A DNA stretch of 64,000 nucleotides, from positions 84,754,001 to 84,818,000 of the forward strand of contig OZ024746.1 in NCBI GenBank assembly GCA_964016885.1, written 5' to 3'. Under the pieces are notes generated by a model. The model searched no databases and had not been told where the DNA came from. It was given only the letters and a program-made list of their open reading frames with translations. Positions 63,130 to 64,000 of this stretch are shown piece after piece; position 1 is the stretch's first letter; every line of letters begins with the position of its first letter. The translations under genes were made by a program, and so were the position numbers. Source of the DNA: Eledone cirrhosa (lineage: Eukaryota).

Positions 63130-63688
63130 CTTCCTTTCTACTTCCGTGAATTAACTAATCCTTCTCACCAATTAATTTCGTAATTAGTAAAATTGAGTAA
63201 TTGATTAATTAATTTACTAATTAAATTCACCTTCTTAATAACAGGAGTATATTCCAAATTGTCAGATTTTAGTCCATTACAGAAGAAACACGCACTCACA
63301 CGTACACATACATACAGACACATACAAATACAATCAATTATATATCTGCTCATCACCGTATAAGGTGTGTATGTACCTGAAATTACTCAGAGATTAATAT
63401 CTTCTGTGTTCAGCATAACTTTAATCGAGCGATATTTATTTAACTAATGGTATTTAGAAAAATATATAACTGCAATATCGTTACTCGGAATTTCATCGTT
63501 TATAGTACATTGGAATCGTGTCGTTCATTGTCCGTGAACATGTATCGATAGATCATGTTTTCTCAAGCTCCAACCGGCTATGGAAGTATTTCCTAATATC
63601 GAATCAGTTGACCAATACCTTGGGAGTGAAACCAGTAATAAAATAAGACAATAAAAATGTTGTTATATATATATATGCACACACACAC

Positions 63689-63786
<98 letters not shown>

Positions 63787-64000
63787 GTTGTAATGCTTTG
63801 GGAGAGCGAGGCTGCCAATAAAAACAGACGTTTCACTTCAGTTTTTCATTACTTGAGTGAGTATTTCATTCATCGCTTAGTTTAATAACCGGCTGGTTGT
63901 TTAATTTTTAAATGATGTGAAAACTCGTTCGTCTTACATCCTGTGAATATCTCAGTGACTATCATTTTTATTTTGTAGTGATAGCAAATATATATATATA

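Overview
Eukaryotic, repeat-saturated window. The SINE types and microsatellite density suggest an octopod cephalopod (inference). Nearly all ORF-track entries are translations of (TA)n/(CA)n/(TAG)n/(CAC)n repeats. The only host coding sequence I found is a 97-bp minus-strand exon (36428-36524, ...GGGGGKKKKKKRRHR|) that looks like the exon just before the homeodomain of a Vsx (PRD-class) homeobox gene, so the window is probably mostly very large introns. It also contains tRNA-derived SINEs, RTE and Tx1/L1 LINE fragments and two non-autonomous Helitrons. The main signal is about a dozen unrelated families of short, ORF-less elements inserted into (TA)n tracts that carry type I hammerhead ribozyme (HHR) folds. 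Their cores are canonical, U3-A8 compensated or U4A variant, and some have very long stem II. Many are arranged as inverted repeats with both 3' ends abutting (TA)n. These are most likely 3' ends (pseudo-LTRs) of Penelope-like elements (PLEs). All folds were read by eye and coordinates are approximate to a few bases.
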